Of a stretch of 64,000 nt of DNA, positions 1-10,311 are shown piece by piece (within the stretch, counting starts at the first letter, position 1; each line of letters opens with the position of its first letter). Position numbers and translations under genes: made by a program. The DNA is from an uncultured Candidatus Rokubacteria bacterium. Lineage in GTDB: Bacteria > Methylomirabilota > Methylomirabilia > Rokubacteriales > CSP1-6. The stretch covers positions 412,604-476,603 of the forward strand of contig CAWJDX010000011.1 of NCBI GenBank assembly GCA_963841755.1, written 5' to 3'. The notes below the pieces were generated by a model. It worked only from the letters and a program-made list of their open reading frames with translations, did no database searches and was not told where the DNA came from.

Positions 1-1091
1 GGATCGCCTGGGTCTTGCGGTCGCTCGCGAAGCCGCCGCGGCGGGTGGCGGCCGCTCCGAGCGTGCGCGCATCGGTGTCGGGGGTGACCGGGCTCCCCAG
101 CGCCTCGCTGAGCCCCTCGAAGAAGGGCAGCCGGCGCCACGGCGGGGCCAGGCGCACCGTCTCGCCCTGGTAGGTCAGGGTGTCCGCGCCGAGGAGGGTC
201 TGGCCGAGGTGCAGGAACACCTCCTCGGTCAGCTCCATCAGGTCGTGGTAGTCGGCGTAGGCCTGGTAGAACTCGAGCATCGTGAACTCGGGATTGTGCT
301 GGGTGGAGACGCCCTCGTTCCGGAAGTTGCGATTGATCTCGTACACCCGGTCCAGGCCGCCCACCACCAGGCGCTTGAGGTAGAGCTCGGGCGCCACGCG
401 CAGGTAGAGCGGCATGTCGAGCGCGTTGTGGTGCGTCACGAAGGGCTTGGCCGCGGCGCCCCCCGGGATCGGCTGCATCATCGGGGTCTCCACCTCGAGG
501 AAGCCCCGCGCGTCGAAGAACGCGCGCAGGGTCGCGATGAGGCGGCTCTTCATGACGAAGGCCTCGCGGACCTGGGGATTGACGATCAGGTCGACGTAGC
601 GTCTGCCGGTAACGAGTTTCCACGTCCTTCAGGCCGTGCCACTTCTCGGGCAGGGGGCGGAGGGCCTTGGTCAGGAACTCGAACTGCTTCACCGCCACCG
701 TCAGCTCGGCGGTGCGGGTGCGGAACAGCTCGCCGGTGACCCCGATGAAGTCGCCCACGTCGAGATCCACGAAGGCCGCGTAGGCGGGGCCGAGCACGTC
801 GGCGCGGGCGTAGATCTGGATCTGGCCGGACTGGTCCCGCAGCACCGCGAAGCAGCTCTTGCCGTGGTGGCGCATCGCCATCACCCGCCCGGCCAGCGCG
901 ACCGGCCCCGCGCTCTGCAGCATCGCCTCGTCGGCGTCCTTGAATCGCGCCTGCAGCGTGCCGCCCCAGTGGGTGACCGGGAAGCGCGCCCCGAAGGGGC
1001 TCACGCCGCGCGCCCGCCAGGTCTCGAGCTTCTCGCGGCGGCGGCGCATCTGCTCGTTGGCGTCGGGGGGCAGGCCGGGGGACGTGGTCAT
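1..1091 (-). CDS. lysS: Lysine--tRNA ligase, N-terminal ~360 aa. The gene runs off the left edge. The frame is broken by an apparent 1-nt insertion near 602.
   Basis: Minus-strand translation from the ATG at 1089-1091 gives [25 protein letters not shown]...[14 protein letters not shown]. After a shift near 602 it continues as [21 protein letters not shown]...[27 protein letters not shown], which carries the class II LysRS motifs. The ATG overlaps the prfB stop (ATGA). It is absent from the ORF track because the stop lies outside the window. Confidence 0.8.
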   Translation of the reverse strand, partial: MTTSPGLPPDANEQMRRRREKLETWRARGVSPFGARFPVTHWGGTLQARFKDADEAMLQSAGPVALAGRVMAMRHHGKSCFAVLRDQSGQIQIYARADVLGPAYAAFVDLDVGDFIGVTGELFRTRTAELTVAVKQFEFLTKALRPLPEKWHGLKDVETRYRQTLRRPDRQSPGPRGLRHEEPPHRDPARVLRRAGLPRGGDPDDAADPGGRRGQALRDAPQRARHAALPARGARALPQAPGGGRPGPGVRDQSQLPERGRLHPAQSRVHDARVLPGLRRLPRPDGADRGGVPAPRPDPPRRGHPDLPGRDGAPGPAVAPAALLRGAQRGAGEPGHPRHRCAHARSGRHPPRRLRERPQDPGD

Positions 1092-2210
1092 GAGCGGGCG
1101 GTCAGGGCTGGGGCGGCGGGGCGCGCCGCGGTCAGGTAGGCGCGGATGAACGGGTCGAGGCCGCCGTCCATCACCGCCTCCACGTTGCCGATCTCCACGC
1201 CGGTGCGGTGGTCCTTGATGATCTGGTACGGGGCGAAGGTGTAGGTGCGGATCTGGCTGCCGAACGCGATGTCCTTCTTCTCCCCGGTCAGGTCGGCCAG
1301 CTCCTGCTTCTGCTTCTGCTCGTAGATCTGGAAGAGGCGCGACTTGAGGATGCGCATCGCGGTGTCGCGGTTGCGCAGCTGGGAGCGCTCGTTCTGGCAG
1401 GCCACCACGATGCCGGACGGCAGGTGGGTGATGCGCACCGCGGAGTCGGCGGTGTTGACCCCCTGCCCGCCCGGCCCCGAGGAGCGGTACACGTCGATCC
1501 GGAGATCCTCGTCGCGGACGACCACCTCCACGTCCTCGACCTCGGGAATGACCGCGACCGAGGCGAACGAGGTGTGGCGCCGTCGCGAGGCGTCGAACGG
1601 GGAGATGCGGATCAGGCGGTGCACGCCGGTCTCGCCCTTGAGATGGCCGTAGGCGTACTCCCCGGTCATCTCGATCGTCACCGACTTGATCCCCGCCTCC
1701 TCGCCCGCGAGCAGGTCCACCACCTCCGCCTTGAATCCGGCCCGCTCCGCCCACCGCAGGTACATGCGCATGAGCATCTGGGCCCAGTCCTGCGACTCGG
1801 TGCCGCCCGCTCCGGGGTGGATGGAGAGGATCGCGTTCTTGCGGTCCTGCGGCCGGGAGAGGATCACCTTCAGCTCGAAGGCCTCGACCTCCTCGCCGAG
1901 GCGCTTCAGGCTCTCCTGGATCTCGGCGGTCATGCTCTCGTCGCCCGCCTCGGTGGCCATCTCCCAGAGGAGGCGGTTCTCCTCCGCGCGGCCCGCGAGA
2001 TCCTTGAAGGTGCCGACGGTGCGGGCCAGCTCCGCGCGCTCCTGCACGACGGCCTGCGCCTTGCGACTGTCCTCCCAGAACGACGGGGCGGACATCTCGG
2101 CGTCGATCAGGCCGAGGCGGGTCTCCTTGGCCGGGACGTCAAAGATGCCCCCGGAGGTCGTCCAGACGCTTGTCCAGCTCCGCCACGTCTCGCTTCAGCT
2201 CGCCTAGCAC
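1088..2210 (-). CDS. prfB: Peptide chain release factor 2, made by a programmed +1 ribosomal frameshift.
   Basis: ORF 1088..2095 encodes the RF2 body (SPF-region context, [12 protein letters not shown]). A 22-codon upstream ORF (GTG near 2208-2210) ends ...RLDDLRGHL at a TGA at 2139-2141 and is joined by a +1 shift at CUU UGA C. Confidence 0.9.
2136..2152 (-). promoter_or_regulatory. prfB autoregulatory +1 frameshift site: an internal SD-like GGGGG, then CAU, then CUU UGA C.
   Basis: The minus strand reads CUC CGG GGG CAU CUU UGA C. The arrangement matches the E. coli prfB site (AGG GGG UAU CUU UGA C). The plus-strand gtcaaag lies at 2138-2144. Confidence 0.85.
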
Positions 2211-3750
2211 GTCGCGGGTGACCTCCGGAAGAAGGCAATGCCGGCTCCCGCGAGCCCGACGGCGGCGCAGGCATAGACCAGCCAGTCGCCGAGGCGCGCG
2301 TAGAGCGTCAAGGAGCCTCGCAGGGCGATGCGGTGATGGAGCACGCCGCGCGCCTGCAGGGGCAGCGTGGGACCGATCCGCCCGGCGGGATCGACGAAGG
2401 CGGAGACGCCGGTGTTGGCCGCGCGCGCGATCGCCACGCGCTGCTCGACCGCGCGGAGCGGCAGCATCCCCAGGTGCTGCCAGGGGCCCGCCGTCTCGCC
2501 GAACCACGCGTCGTTGGTGATGTTGGCCATGAATCTCGCTCCGCCGATCACGAAGCCCCGGAACAGCTCGGGGAAGATGATCTCGTAGCAGATCACGGTT
2601 CCGAACGGCGCGCCCGGCAGCGGAAAGACGGTCTGGGTGTCCCCTTCCCCGAATTCCGAGATGAACTCCGCCCAGCCCTTGACGAAGCCGAGCAGACCCG
2701 CGAGCGGAACGTACTCTCCGAACGGAACCAAGTGGATCTTATCATACTTGCCCGTAATCCCTTGTCCGGTCAGGAAAAATGCGCTGTTCAGGAACTGTCC
2801 CCGCGGCCCGTCGCGCCGGTCGATCGAGCCGACCAGGATGGGCGTGGCGATGTCCGCCGAGAGGCGCCGCAGCCGCTCGAGCAGCTCGGGGTCCCCGCGC
2901 AGGAAGATGGTGGTCGCGGTCTCCGGCCAGAGCACCACCGCGGGTCGCGTCGAGCGCCGCCTCCCGGGTGAGCCGCTCGTAGATGTCGAGGATCTGGGCG
3001 TGGCGCGCGGGATCCCACTTGATCGTCTGCTCGATCGCCGGCTGGATCACGCCGACGTCGACGGACCCCGCGTCCGCGCCGCGCGACGACGCCGAGCGCG
3101 TGCGCGCCGAAGCCGAGCGTGCCGGCCAGGAGCAGCGCCGCCACCGCGGCCCCCGGCCACGCCCGTCGCGGGCCGAGGGCGAGCAGCGCGGCCAGCGCCG
3201 CGCTCACCGCCGCGATCACGAGCGACACCGCGTACACGCCGCCCAGCTCCGCGATCTGGATCACCGGGAGCTGGGCGTGCTGGGAGTAGCCGAGCAGGCC
3301 CCAGGGGAATCCGCCCATGAGGTGCCCGCGCAGCCACTCCCCCACCACCCAGAGCGCGGGCGCGAGCGCCAGCGCGGGCCCGGCCCCGAGCCGCCGCGCG
3401 AGCCACGCGGTCGCGCCCGCCACCGCGCCCAGGTACAGGCCGCAGTACGCGGCCAGCGCCACGATCGGCAGCCACGTGACCGGCCAGGGGATCGCGCTGT
3501 AGTGGAGGAAGGTGTGATCGAGCCAGCGCAGCAGGACGACGTAGAACACGGTGCCGGCGAGCCAGCCGTCCAGGAGGGCGGCGCGCGGGGCGCGCGTGGC
3601 CCCCGAGACCAGCGCGGGCACGAGCCAGACCCAGGCGAGCAGCGACCAGTCGGTCTTCGGGAAGGCCAGCGCGCCCAGTACCCCCGAGAGCGCGAGGACG
3701 AGGAGGGACGCGGCGCGCGCCCGCCGGGAGAGCTCCGGCTCAGGCTCCAC
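2204..3750 (-). CDS. lnt: Apolipoprotein N-acyltransferase. The reading frame is split into three pieces by two single-base lesions, near 2950 and near 3075.
   Basis: The N-terminal transmembrane region is ORF 2788..3750 (MEPEPEL...GFGAHALGVVARRG). The middle is ORF 2742..3050 (IQPAIEQTIKWDPARHAQILDIYERLTREAALDATRG). The CN-hydrolase domain is ORF 2204..2938 (VLWPETA...ICYEIIFPE...). Each junction restores a continuous Lnt sequence if one base is removed. Confidence 0.8.
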
Positions 3751-4472
3751 TGGCGAGCCGATCGGCCAGGGCCCGCGGCAGTCCCGCGGCGAGGATCTTC
3801 CGCGCCGCCGCCGCGTGATCGTACGGGACCCGGCGGATCGTCACGTCGCGCGCGTCGCGGTCCCAGATCGCGTAGCAGGCGCGCGGATCGCGATCGCGCG
3901 GCTGGCCCACGCTGCCCACGTTGACCACGTAGCGCCGGCCGTCGTCGAGCCGCACCTGCGCCGCGGGGGCGTCGAGCCGGCCCGCGTGGTCCGGGCCCCC
4001 GCTGCCCACCGACCACACCCCGGGCAGGTGCGAGTGGCCGACGAAGCAGAGTCGCGTGGCGAAGTCGCCGAACACCTGCAGGCCGTCCTCGGCCGAGACC
4101 AGGTAGTCCCACTCCTCGGGATTGCGGGGGCTCGCGTGCACGAGCGTGGCGTCCTCGACGGTGCGGACGAGCGACAGCGCGGTCAGGTAGTCGCGGTGCC
4201 CCTGGTCGAGCTGCCCGGCGGTCCAGCGGGCCGCCGCCCGCGCCCAGGGGTTGAACCACTGGAGATCCAGCAGGCCCAGGGCGGCGTGCTCGTGGTTGCC
4301 GGCCACCATCGCGCTCGCCCGCTCGCCCACCCGCTCCACGCAGGCCACCGGGTCGGCCCCGTAGCCGACCAGGTCTCCCAGGCAGAGCACCTCGTGCGCG
4401 CCCTCGGAGGCCGCGTCGGCCAGCACCGCGGTGAGCGCCTCCAGGTTCGCGTGGACGTCGGAGATGACGGCG
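3740..4472 (-). CDS. Metallophosphoesterase (calcineurin-like, YfcE/MPP family).
   Basis: ORF 3740..4426 plus an in-frame upstream stretch PIRYAVISDVHANLEALTAVLADAASEG, with the GDLVGYG, GNHE and GHSH motifs. No canonical start codon lies in frame near the expected N-terminus (ATC CGT TAC ...), so the start is unresolved. Confidence 0.7.
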
Positions 4473-4493
4473 TAACGGATGGGCGGTCTCGGC

Positions 4494-4910
4494 TCAGGGA
4501 GCGGGCGCCTGCTCTTTGTGGATGCGATCGAGGATCCCGTTGATGAAGCGGCTCGATTCGTGGGTGCTGAACTTCTTCGCCACCTCGAGGGCCTCGTTGA
4601 TCGCCACCTTCGGGGGGACGCCGGTTCCCCACAGCAGCTCGAAGATGCCCTGGCGGAGGATGTTGCGGTCGACGACCGCCATCCGCTCGAGCTCCCAGTT
4701 CTCCGCGTAGCGGACGATCAGCTCGTCGATCTTGGCCTCGTGCATCTTGGTGCCGCGCACGAGCGCCTCCGCGAACTCGCGCGCCTCCGGATCCACCGGG
4801 TGCCGGCGCCAGAACTCGTCGAGATGCGGCTGGGGATCCTCCTCGCCCTGCACGTCGAGCTGGTAGAGCAGCTGCAGGGTGAGCTCGCGGGCCTTGCGGC
4901 GGCGTCCCAT
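4494..4910 (-). CDS. nusB: Transcription antitermination factor NusB.
   Basis: It is the C-terminal 138 aa of the long ORF 4494..7280: [19 protein letters not shown]...[32 protein letters not shown]. The ATG lies at 4908-4910. Confidence 0.9.
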   Translation of the reverse strand: MGRRRKARELTLQLLYQLDVQGEEDPQPHLDEFWRRHPVDPEAREFAEALVRGTKMHEAKIDELIVRYAENWELERMAVVDRNILRQGIFELLWGTGVPPKVAINEALEVAKKFSTHESSRFINGILDRIHKEQAPAP

Positions 4911-5431
4911 CAGCGCTTCCCTCGGGCGTTGCCGCCGCGTCCCGCCCGCGGGGCCCCGCGCTGCGCCCGCAGCCACGCCGCCATCTCGAGCGCGGCCAGC
5001 GCGGCCTCCTCGCCGCGGTTGCCGACCGCCCCGCCCGCGCGCTCCCACGCCTGCTCCTCGGTCAGCGCGGTGATCACCCCGAAGGTGACCGGCACCCCGG
5101 TGTCGAGCCCGGCGCGGGCGATGCCGTGGGCCGCCGCGCTGCAGACGTAGTCGAAGTGCGGGGTCGCTCCCTTGATCACCACCCCCACGCACACGATGCC
5201 CGCGAACCGCCCGCCGCGGGCCAGCGTCATCGCGGCCTGGCCCAGCTCGAAGGAGCCGGGCACCCAGTGCACCTCGACCAGGTCGCCGGTCACCGCGTGG
5301 TCGGCGAGCGCGGCGAGGGCGCCGTCGAGCAGCTTCTTGGAGATGGGCTCGTTGAAGCGGGCCACCACCACCGCGAAGCGCTGCCCGCGGGCGGCGGGGG
5401 CGACGGAGCGCTTCGGAGCGATGCCGGCCAT
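4910..5431 (-). CDS. ribH: 6,7-dimethyl-8-ribityllumazine synthase.
   Basis: ORF 4910..5431, 173 aa: [21 protein letters not shown]...[19 protein letters not shown]...[14 protein letters not shown]. Confidence 0.9.
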   Translation of the reverse strand: MAGIAPKRSVAPAARGQRFAVVVARFNEPISKKLLDGALAALADHAVTGDLVEVHWVPGSFELGQAAMTLARGGRFAGIVCVGVVIKGATPHFDYVCSAAAHGIARAGLDTGVPVTFGVITALTEEQAWERAGGAVGNRGEEAALAALEMAAWLRAQRGAPRAGRGGNARGKR

Positions 5432-5434
5432 GGG

Positions 5435-6653
5435 CTAGTCCGGGAAGGACGAGAAGAGGTGCCCGAGCTTCTCGCGCTTGGTGCGCAGGTAGCTCCGGTT
5501 CGCGTCGGTGGCCGGCACCTCGAGCGGCAGGCGCTCGACCACCTTGAGGCCGTAGCCCTCGATGCCGACGATCTTCTTCGGGTTGTTGGTGAGGATCTTG
5601 AGGTTCTTGACCCCGAGGTCCACCAGGATCTGCGCGCCGATGCCGTAGTGGCGCAGGTCGGCCCGGAAGCCGAGGGCGTGGTTGGCCTCGACGGTGTCCT
5701 TGCCCGCGTCTTGAAGCTCGTAGGCCTTGAGCTTGTTCAGCAGGCCGATGCCGCGGCCCTCCTGGCGCATGTAGACCAGGATGCCGCGCCCGGCGTGCTG
5801 GATGATGGCGAGCGCCTTGTGGAGCTGGGGCCCGCAGTCGCAGCGGAGCGAGCCGAAGACGTCGCCGGTCAGGCACTCCGAGTGCACGCGCACCAGCACC
5901 GGGTCGTCGGTCTTGACGTCGCCCAGGACCATGGCCAGCGGCTGCCGCTCGTCCACCGTGGTCTCGTAGGCGATGACCTGGAACTCGCCGTACTCGGTGG
6001 GCATGCGGGTGGTGGCGGCGCGGCGGACCAGCTTCTCCTTGTGGATGCGGTACTCGATCAGGGCCTTGATCGTGATCACCTTGAGCCGGTACTGCGCGAC
6101 TGAGCGCCATCAGCTCGGGCAGGCGCGCCATGCCGCCTTCGTCGTCGAGCACCTCGCAGATCACCCCGGCGGGCGCGCAGCCGGCCAGGCGGGCCAGGTC
6201 GATCGCGGCCTCGGTGTGGCCGGCGCGGCGGAGCACGCCGCCCGGCATGGCCCGCAGCGGGAAGATGTGGCCGGGGCGCGTGAGGTCCTCCGGCCGCGTC
6301 GTCGGATCCACCAGCGTGCGGATGGTGACCGCGCGATCGTAGGCGGAGGTCCCGGTGGTCACGCCCCGGCGGGCGTCCACGCTGACCGTGAAGGCGGTGC
6401 CGAGCGGGGCGGTGTTGTCCGAGACCATCATCGAGATCTGCAGCTCGTCGAGGCGCTCGCCGAGCATGGGCATGCAGATGAGCCCGCGCCCGTACTTGGC
6501 CATGAAGTTGACCGCCTCCGGGGTCGCCTTCTCGGCGGCCATGAGCAGGTCACCCTCGTTCTCGCGGTCCTCGTCGTCGACCACGATGAGCATGCGGCCG
6601 GCGCGGATCTCCTCGATGCCTTCCTCGATCGGGACGAACTCCGACTCGCTCAC
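5435..6653 (-). CDS. ribBA: Bifunctional 3,4-dihydroxy-2-butanone-4-phosphate synthase / GTP cyclohydrolase II. The frame is broken near 6095.
   Basis: The RibB half sits in the frame of the long ORF ([36 protein letters not shown]...LPELMALSR), starting with GTG at 6651-6653. The RibA half is ORF 5435..6079 ([10 protein letters not shown]...CDCGPQL...GRGIGLLNK). At the junction, agtcgcGcagtaccgg has one extra base relative to a continuous reading. Confidence 0.85.
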
Positions 6654-7280
6654 CGGGTCCCCTCTCTCGCGTCCGGCCCCTTCGCGGGGGCCGGCGGCTC
6701 CCGCAGCTGCAAGACGCGCTGCACGTACTTGCCGATCATATCCATCTCGAGGTTCACCCGCCGGCCCCGCGTCAGTCCCCCCAGGGTGGTCGCGGCCAGC
6801 GTGTGCGGGATGACCATGATCTCGAAATCCCGCTCGTTGAGCCGCGCCACCGTGAGGCTGACCCCGTCCACCGCCACCGAGCCCTGCGGGATCAGCAGCG
6901 GGGCCAGCGCCTCGCCCGGCCATTCTATCGTGAGCCGGGCGGTCTCTGCCTGCCGGGTGAGCGCGGCCACCGTGCCCACTCCATCGACGTGCCCCTGGAC
7001 CAGGTGTCCGCCGACCATGCCCCCGAGCCGCATCGGGCGCTCCAGGTTGACCGGATCGCCGACCGCCAGGTCGCCGAGCGCGGTCCGCGCCAGCGTCTCG
7101 GGCCCGACGTCGAAGCGCAGCCGTGCCGGCGCCCACCTCGACCACGGTCAGGCAGGCGCCGTTCACGGCCACGCTCGCCCCCACGCCGCTGTCCTCGAGG
7201 ACCCGGTCGGCGCCGAGCACGAGACGGGAGCCCGCGCGCTCGAGCACCCGGCCCACTTCCTCGACCAGGCCGGTGAACAT
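6650..7280 (-). CDS. ribE: Riboflavin synthase alpha subunit. The frame is broken near 7125.
   Basis: The N-terminal half [22 protein letters not shown]...[17 protein letters not shown] sits in the long-ORF frame, with the ATG at 7278-7280. The C-terminal half is ORF 6650..7033 (...[27 protein letters not shown]...), continuing from an adjacent frame. Confidence 0.8.
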
Positions 7281-7281
7281 G

Positions 7282-8377
7282 TCAGCGCTCCACCCGGCCT
7301 TCCAGCAGCCAGTCCTCGCCCAGCGGCCGCGCGGTGAGGTCGCTCAGGCGGAGGGCATCGCCCAGCCGAAGGCCGGGGCCGCCCGCCGGGGTCGGCGCGG
7401 CGGATCCGCCCAGGACCTTGGGGGCGACGAACGCGGCCACCCGGTCGACCAGGCCGGCCTGCACGAACGCGCCGGTCAGCTCGGCGCCGGCCTCGAGCAG
7501 CACCGCGATGACGTCGAGGGCGAAGAGCCGCGCGCTGAGGTCGACCACGTCCACCCGCCCGTCGCGGGACTTGCACTGCAGCACGGTCACGCCGCTCGAC
7601 GCCAGACCGGCCACCCGCGCGGCCGGCGCGTCCTCTCCCACCGCCACCAGGATGCGCGCGCGAGTGCCGGCGCGCAGCATGGCGGCCTCGAGGGGCAGCC
7701 GCGCGCGGCCGTCCACCACCACGCGATACGGCTCGCGCGGCCACGGCTGCTCCGAGCCGCACGGTGAGGGTCGGGTCGTCGGCGAGCACGGTGCCGATGC
7801 CGGTGACGATGGCGTCGGCCTCGCTCCGCAGCCGATGGGCCTCCCGGCGCGCCGCCTCTCCGGTGATCCACCGCGATTGCCGATCGTGGGCCGCGATCTT
7901 GCCGTCGAGGGTCATGGCCCACTTCGCGGTCACGTGGGGGCGCTGGAGCGCGGTCGCGGTGAAGAACGCGTGGTTCAGCTCCCGCGCTTCCCGCTCGAGG
8001 CAGCCCAGGTCGACCTCGATGGAGGCGGCGGCCAGCGCCGCGGCGCCCCCACCCTTCACGCGCGGGTTCGGATCGGGCGTGGCCGCGACGACCCGGCGCA
8101 CGCCCGCGCGGACGATGGCCTCGACGCAGGGCGGGGTGCGGCCCACGTGATTGCACGGCTCGAGGGTGACGTAGAGGGTGGCCCCCCGGGCCCGCGTCCC
8201 GGCCTCCTCGAGCGCGGCCGCTTCCGCGTGCGGGCCGCCGGCCCGCTCGTGGAACCGCTCGGCGATCACCGCGCCGTCCCGGACCACCAGGGCGCCGACC
8301 ATCGGATTGGGGGACGTGAGCCCCCGGCCGCGAGCGGCCAGGGCCAGCGCGCGGGTCATCCACCGGATGTCGTCCAT
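7282..8377 (-). CDS. ribD: Diaminohydroxyphosphoribosylaminopyrimidine deaminase / 5-amino-6-(5-phosphoribosylamino)uracil reductase. The frame is broken near 7745.
   Basis: The deaminase domain sits in ORF 7163..8521 from [32 protein letters not shown]...[11 protein letters not shown]...[18 protein letters not shown] (ATG at 8375-8377). The reductase C-terminus is ORF 7282..7722 (...[18 protein letters not shown]...). Confidence 0.85.
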
Positions 8378-8417
8378 GAGTTCACCGGGGCGCTCCGAAG
8401 CCGCCCCGGCACGCATT

Positions 8418-9377
8418 CTACCCTGCCCGCGTGGTCTCCGGCTGCTCCCCCGGCTGCTCCCCGAGCAGGGCGTCCACGAAGGTCCCGGGCTCGAAGGGCT
8501 GGAGATCCTCGATCTGCTCACCCACCCCGACCAGCTTGATCGGCACCGCCAGCTCCTGGTGGATGCGCAGCGCGATCCCTCCCTTGGCGGTCCCGTCGAG
8601 CTTCGTCAGCACGAGGCCGGTGAGCCCGATGGCCTCGTGGAACATCCGCGCCTGCTGGAGCCCGTTCTGACCGGTCGGGGCCTCCAGCACCATCAGCGAC
8701 TCGTGAGGGGCGCCGGGGAGCTGCCGGCCGAGGACCCGCTTGAGCTTCGCCAGCTCGTCCATCAGGTTCGACTTGGTGTGCAGCCGCCCGGCGGTATCCA
8801 CCAGCAGCACGTCCGAGCCGCGCGAGGAGGCCGCCTTCACCGCGTCGAAGACCACCGCGGCGGGGTCCGCGCCCGGCGCCTGATGGATCACGTCGACGTC
8901 GATGCGTCGCCCCCACTCCTGGAGCTGCTCGATCGCGGCCGCCCGGAACGTGTCGGCCGCCGCCATGAGCACCCGCTTGCCGTCGGCCTTGAGCGACGCG
9001 GCCAGCTTGGCGGTGCTGGTGGTCTTGCCCGCGCCGTTGACTCCCAGCATGAGGATCACGGTCGGGTGCCCGTCGAGCAGCAGCGGCGCCGCCGCGCCCC
9101 GGAGCGAGTCGGTGAGGAAGCGGTGGAGGGCGGCGCGCACGTCCTGGCTCGAGCTGACGCGGCCGCGCTTGACCTCGTCGCGGACCTGCTTGACGAAGGC
9201 GCTCGCCGCCGTCGCGCCCAGGTCGGCCGCGATCAAGGTCTCCTCGAGCTCCTCCAGCATGGCCTCGTCGACCGGGCGGGCGATGGAGAGGATGGCCCCG
9301 AGCCCCTCGTCCATCAGCTCCCGGGTGCGTCGCAGCCCCTGCCGGACGCGCTCCCCGAGGGAGCGGAACAGGCTCAC
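8418..9377 (-). CDS. ftsY: Signal recognition particle receptor FtsY.
   Basis: ORF 8418..9524 trimmed to the GTG at 9375-9377, which overlaps the rodZ stop (GTGA). The NG domain shows GVNGAGKTTSTAKLA, DTAGR and TKLDGTAKGG. Confidence 0.85.
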   Translation of the reverse strand: MSLFRSLGERVRQGLRRTRELMDEGLGAILSIARPVDEAMLEELEETLIAADLGATAASAFVKQVRDEVKRGRVSSSQDVRAALHRFLTDSLRGAAAPLLLDGHPTVILMLGVNGAGKTTSTAKLAASLKADGKRVLMAAADTFRAAAIEQLQEWGRRIDVDVIHQAPGADPAAVVFDAVKAASSRGSDVLLVDTAGRLHTKSNLMDELAKLKRVLGRQLPGAPHESLMVLEAPTGQNGLQQARMFHEAIGLTGLVLTKLDGTAKGGIALRIHQELAVPIKLVGVGEQIEDLQPFEPGTFVDALLGEQPGEQPETTRAG

Positions 9378-10267
9378 GAGCCCGTCGTGGGCGGCGCGGG
9401 CAGCTCGAGGCGCTGGATCACCGTCCCCTTCGGCCCGAGCGGCGGCAGGGCCTTGCCGTTCAGCGTGACCTCGACGCCTCCCGCGTTGCCGATGGTCACG
9501 AGGAAGCGGCGCTCGGCCGCCCACTCACGGCTGGCCCCCGCGGGCAGGAGCTCCTCGGCGATCCGGCCCTCGTCGGTCTGCACGCGGACCCACGTGGGCT
9601 CCACCGCCCGGATGACCAGACGCTGCCCTCCGGTGGAGGTCGGACCCGAGGCCGGGCGGGTTGTGGTCGGAGCCGTGGGCGGCGGGGTGCCGGCGGGTGG
9701 AGCCATCGGCCGCGGAGGCTCCACCGTGGCCGCCGGCGCTGGAGGCGGCGTGGGAGCCGGTGTCGGTGCGGGCGCGGATGCGGCCGGTGGCGGTGCGACC
9801 GGCGCCGGGGCGGGAGCCGGAGTTGGGGCCGGGCTCGGAGGCGCCGGGGTCGAGGGCCTGGCAGGCTCCGTTCTGACGGTGGGCACTGAGGTTCCACCGT
9901 TCTTCTTGACACTGAGGTTGACCAGGATCAGCCCGACGCCCAGGATCAGCAGGAGCACGAGGCCGACCACCACCGAGCTGCTCGCCCATGTGTTGCGGGG
10001 CCGGGGCGGCGCGATCGCGGCCTGCTCCGCCGCTCGGGTCCCGGCCAGCTCCTGATAGCGGCCGAGGGCGGGCTCCGGGTTCTCGCGGAGGAAGCTGCAG
10101 TAGGCACGGATGAAGCCGCGCACGAAGACGGGCGACGGGAGGTCGGCGAGCCGCTCGTCCTCGAGGGCCTCCAGATGGCGGATCCCCACGCGGGTCGAGC
10201 GCGCCATGTCCTCGAGGGAGCCGCCCTTGGCCTCGCGGAGGGAACGTAGATACGCGCCGAGGGACAT
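9374..10267 (-). CDS. rodZ: RodZ-like cytoskeletal protein: an HTH-XRE domain, one transmembrane helix, a proline-rich linker and a C-terminal DUF4115-like domain.
   Basis: It is the C-terminal 297 aa of ORF 9374..12217: MSLGAYLRSLREAKGGSLEDMARSTRVGIRHLEALE...VVVGLVLLLILGVGLILV...PAPTPAPAPAP.... The upstream part of that ORF is a different-frame overlap of smc and is spurious. Confidence 0.7.
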   Translation of the reverse strand: MSLGAYLRSLREAKGGSLEDMARSTRVGIRHLEALEDERLADLPSPVFVRGFIRAYCSFLRENPEPALGRYQELAGTRAAEQAAIAPPRPRNTWASSSVVVGLVLLLILGVGLILVNLSVKKNGGTSVPTVRTEPARPSTPAPPSPAPTPAPAPAPVAPPPAASAPAPTPAPTPPPAPAATVEPPRPMAPPAGTPPPTAPTTTRPASGPTSTGGQRLVIRAVEPTWVRVQTDEGRIAEELLPAGASREWAAERRFLVTIGNAGGVEVTLNGKALPPLGPKGTVIQRLELPAPPTTGS

Positions 10268-10311
10268 GCCCGGAGCCTCAGCTTGCGGCATGCGCAGTAG
10301 TGTAGCGCAGG

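Noticed and set aside
4494-7280. A 928-aa ORF that appears to be one giant gene.
   Set aside because: It is a GC-rich read-through that concatenates nusB with out-of-frame overlaps of ribH, ribBA, ribE and the ribE N-terminus. Only segments show homology: NusB at the C-terminus, RibB in the middle and RibE at the N-terminus.
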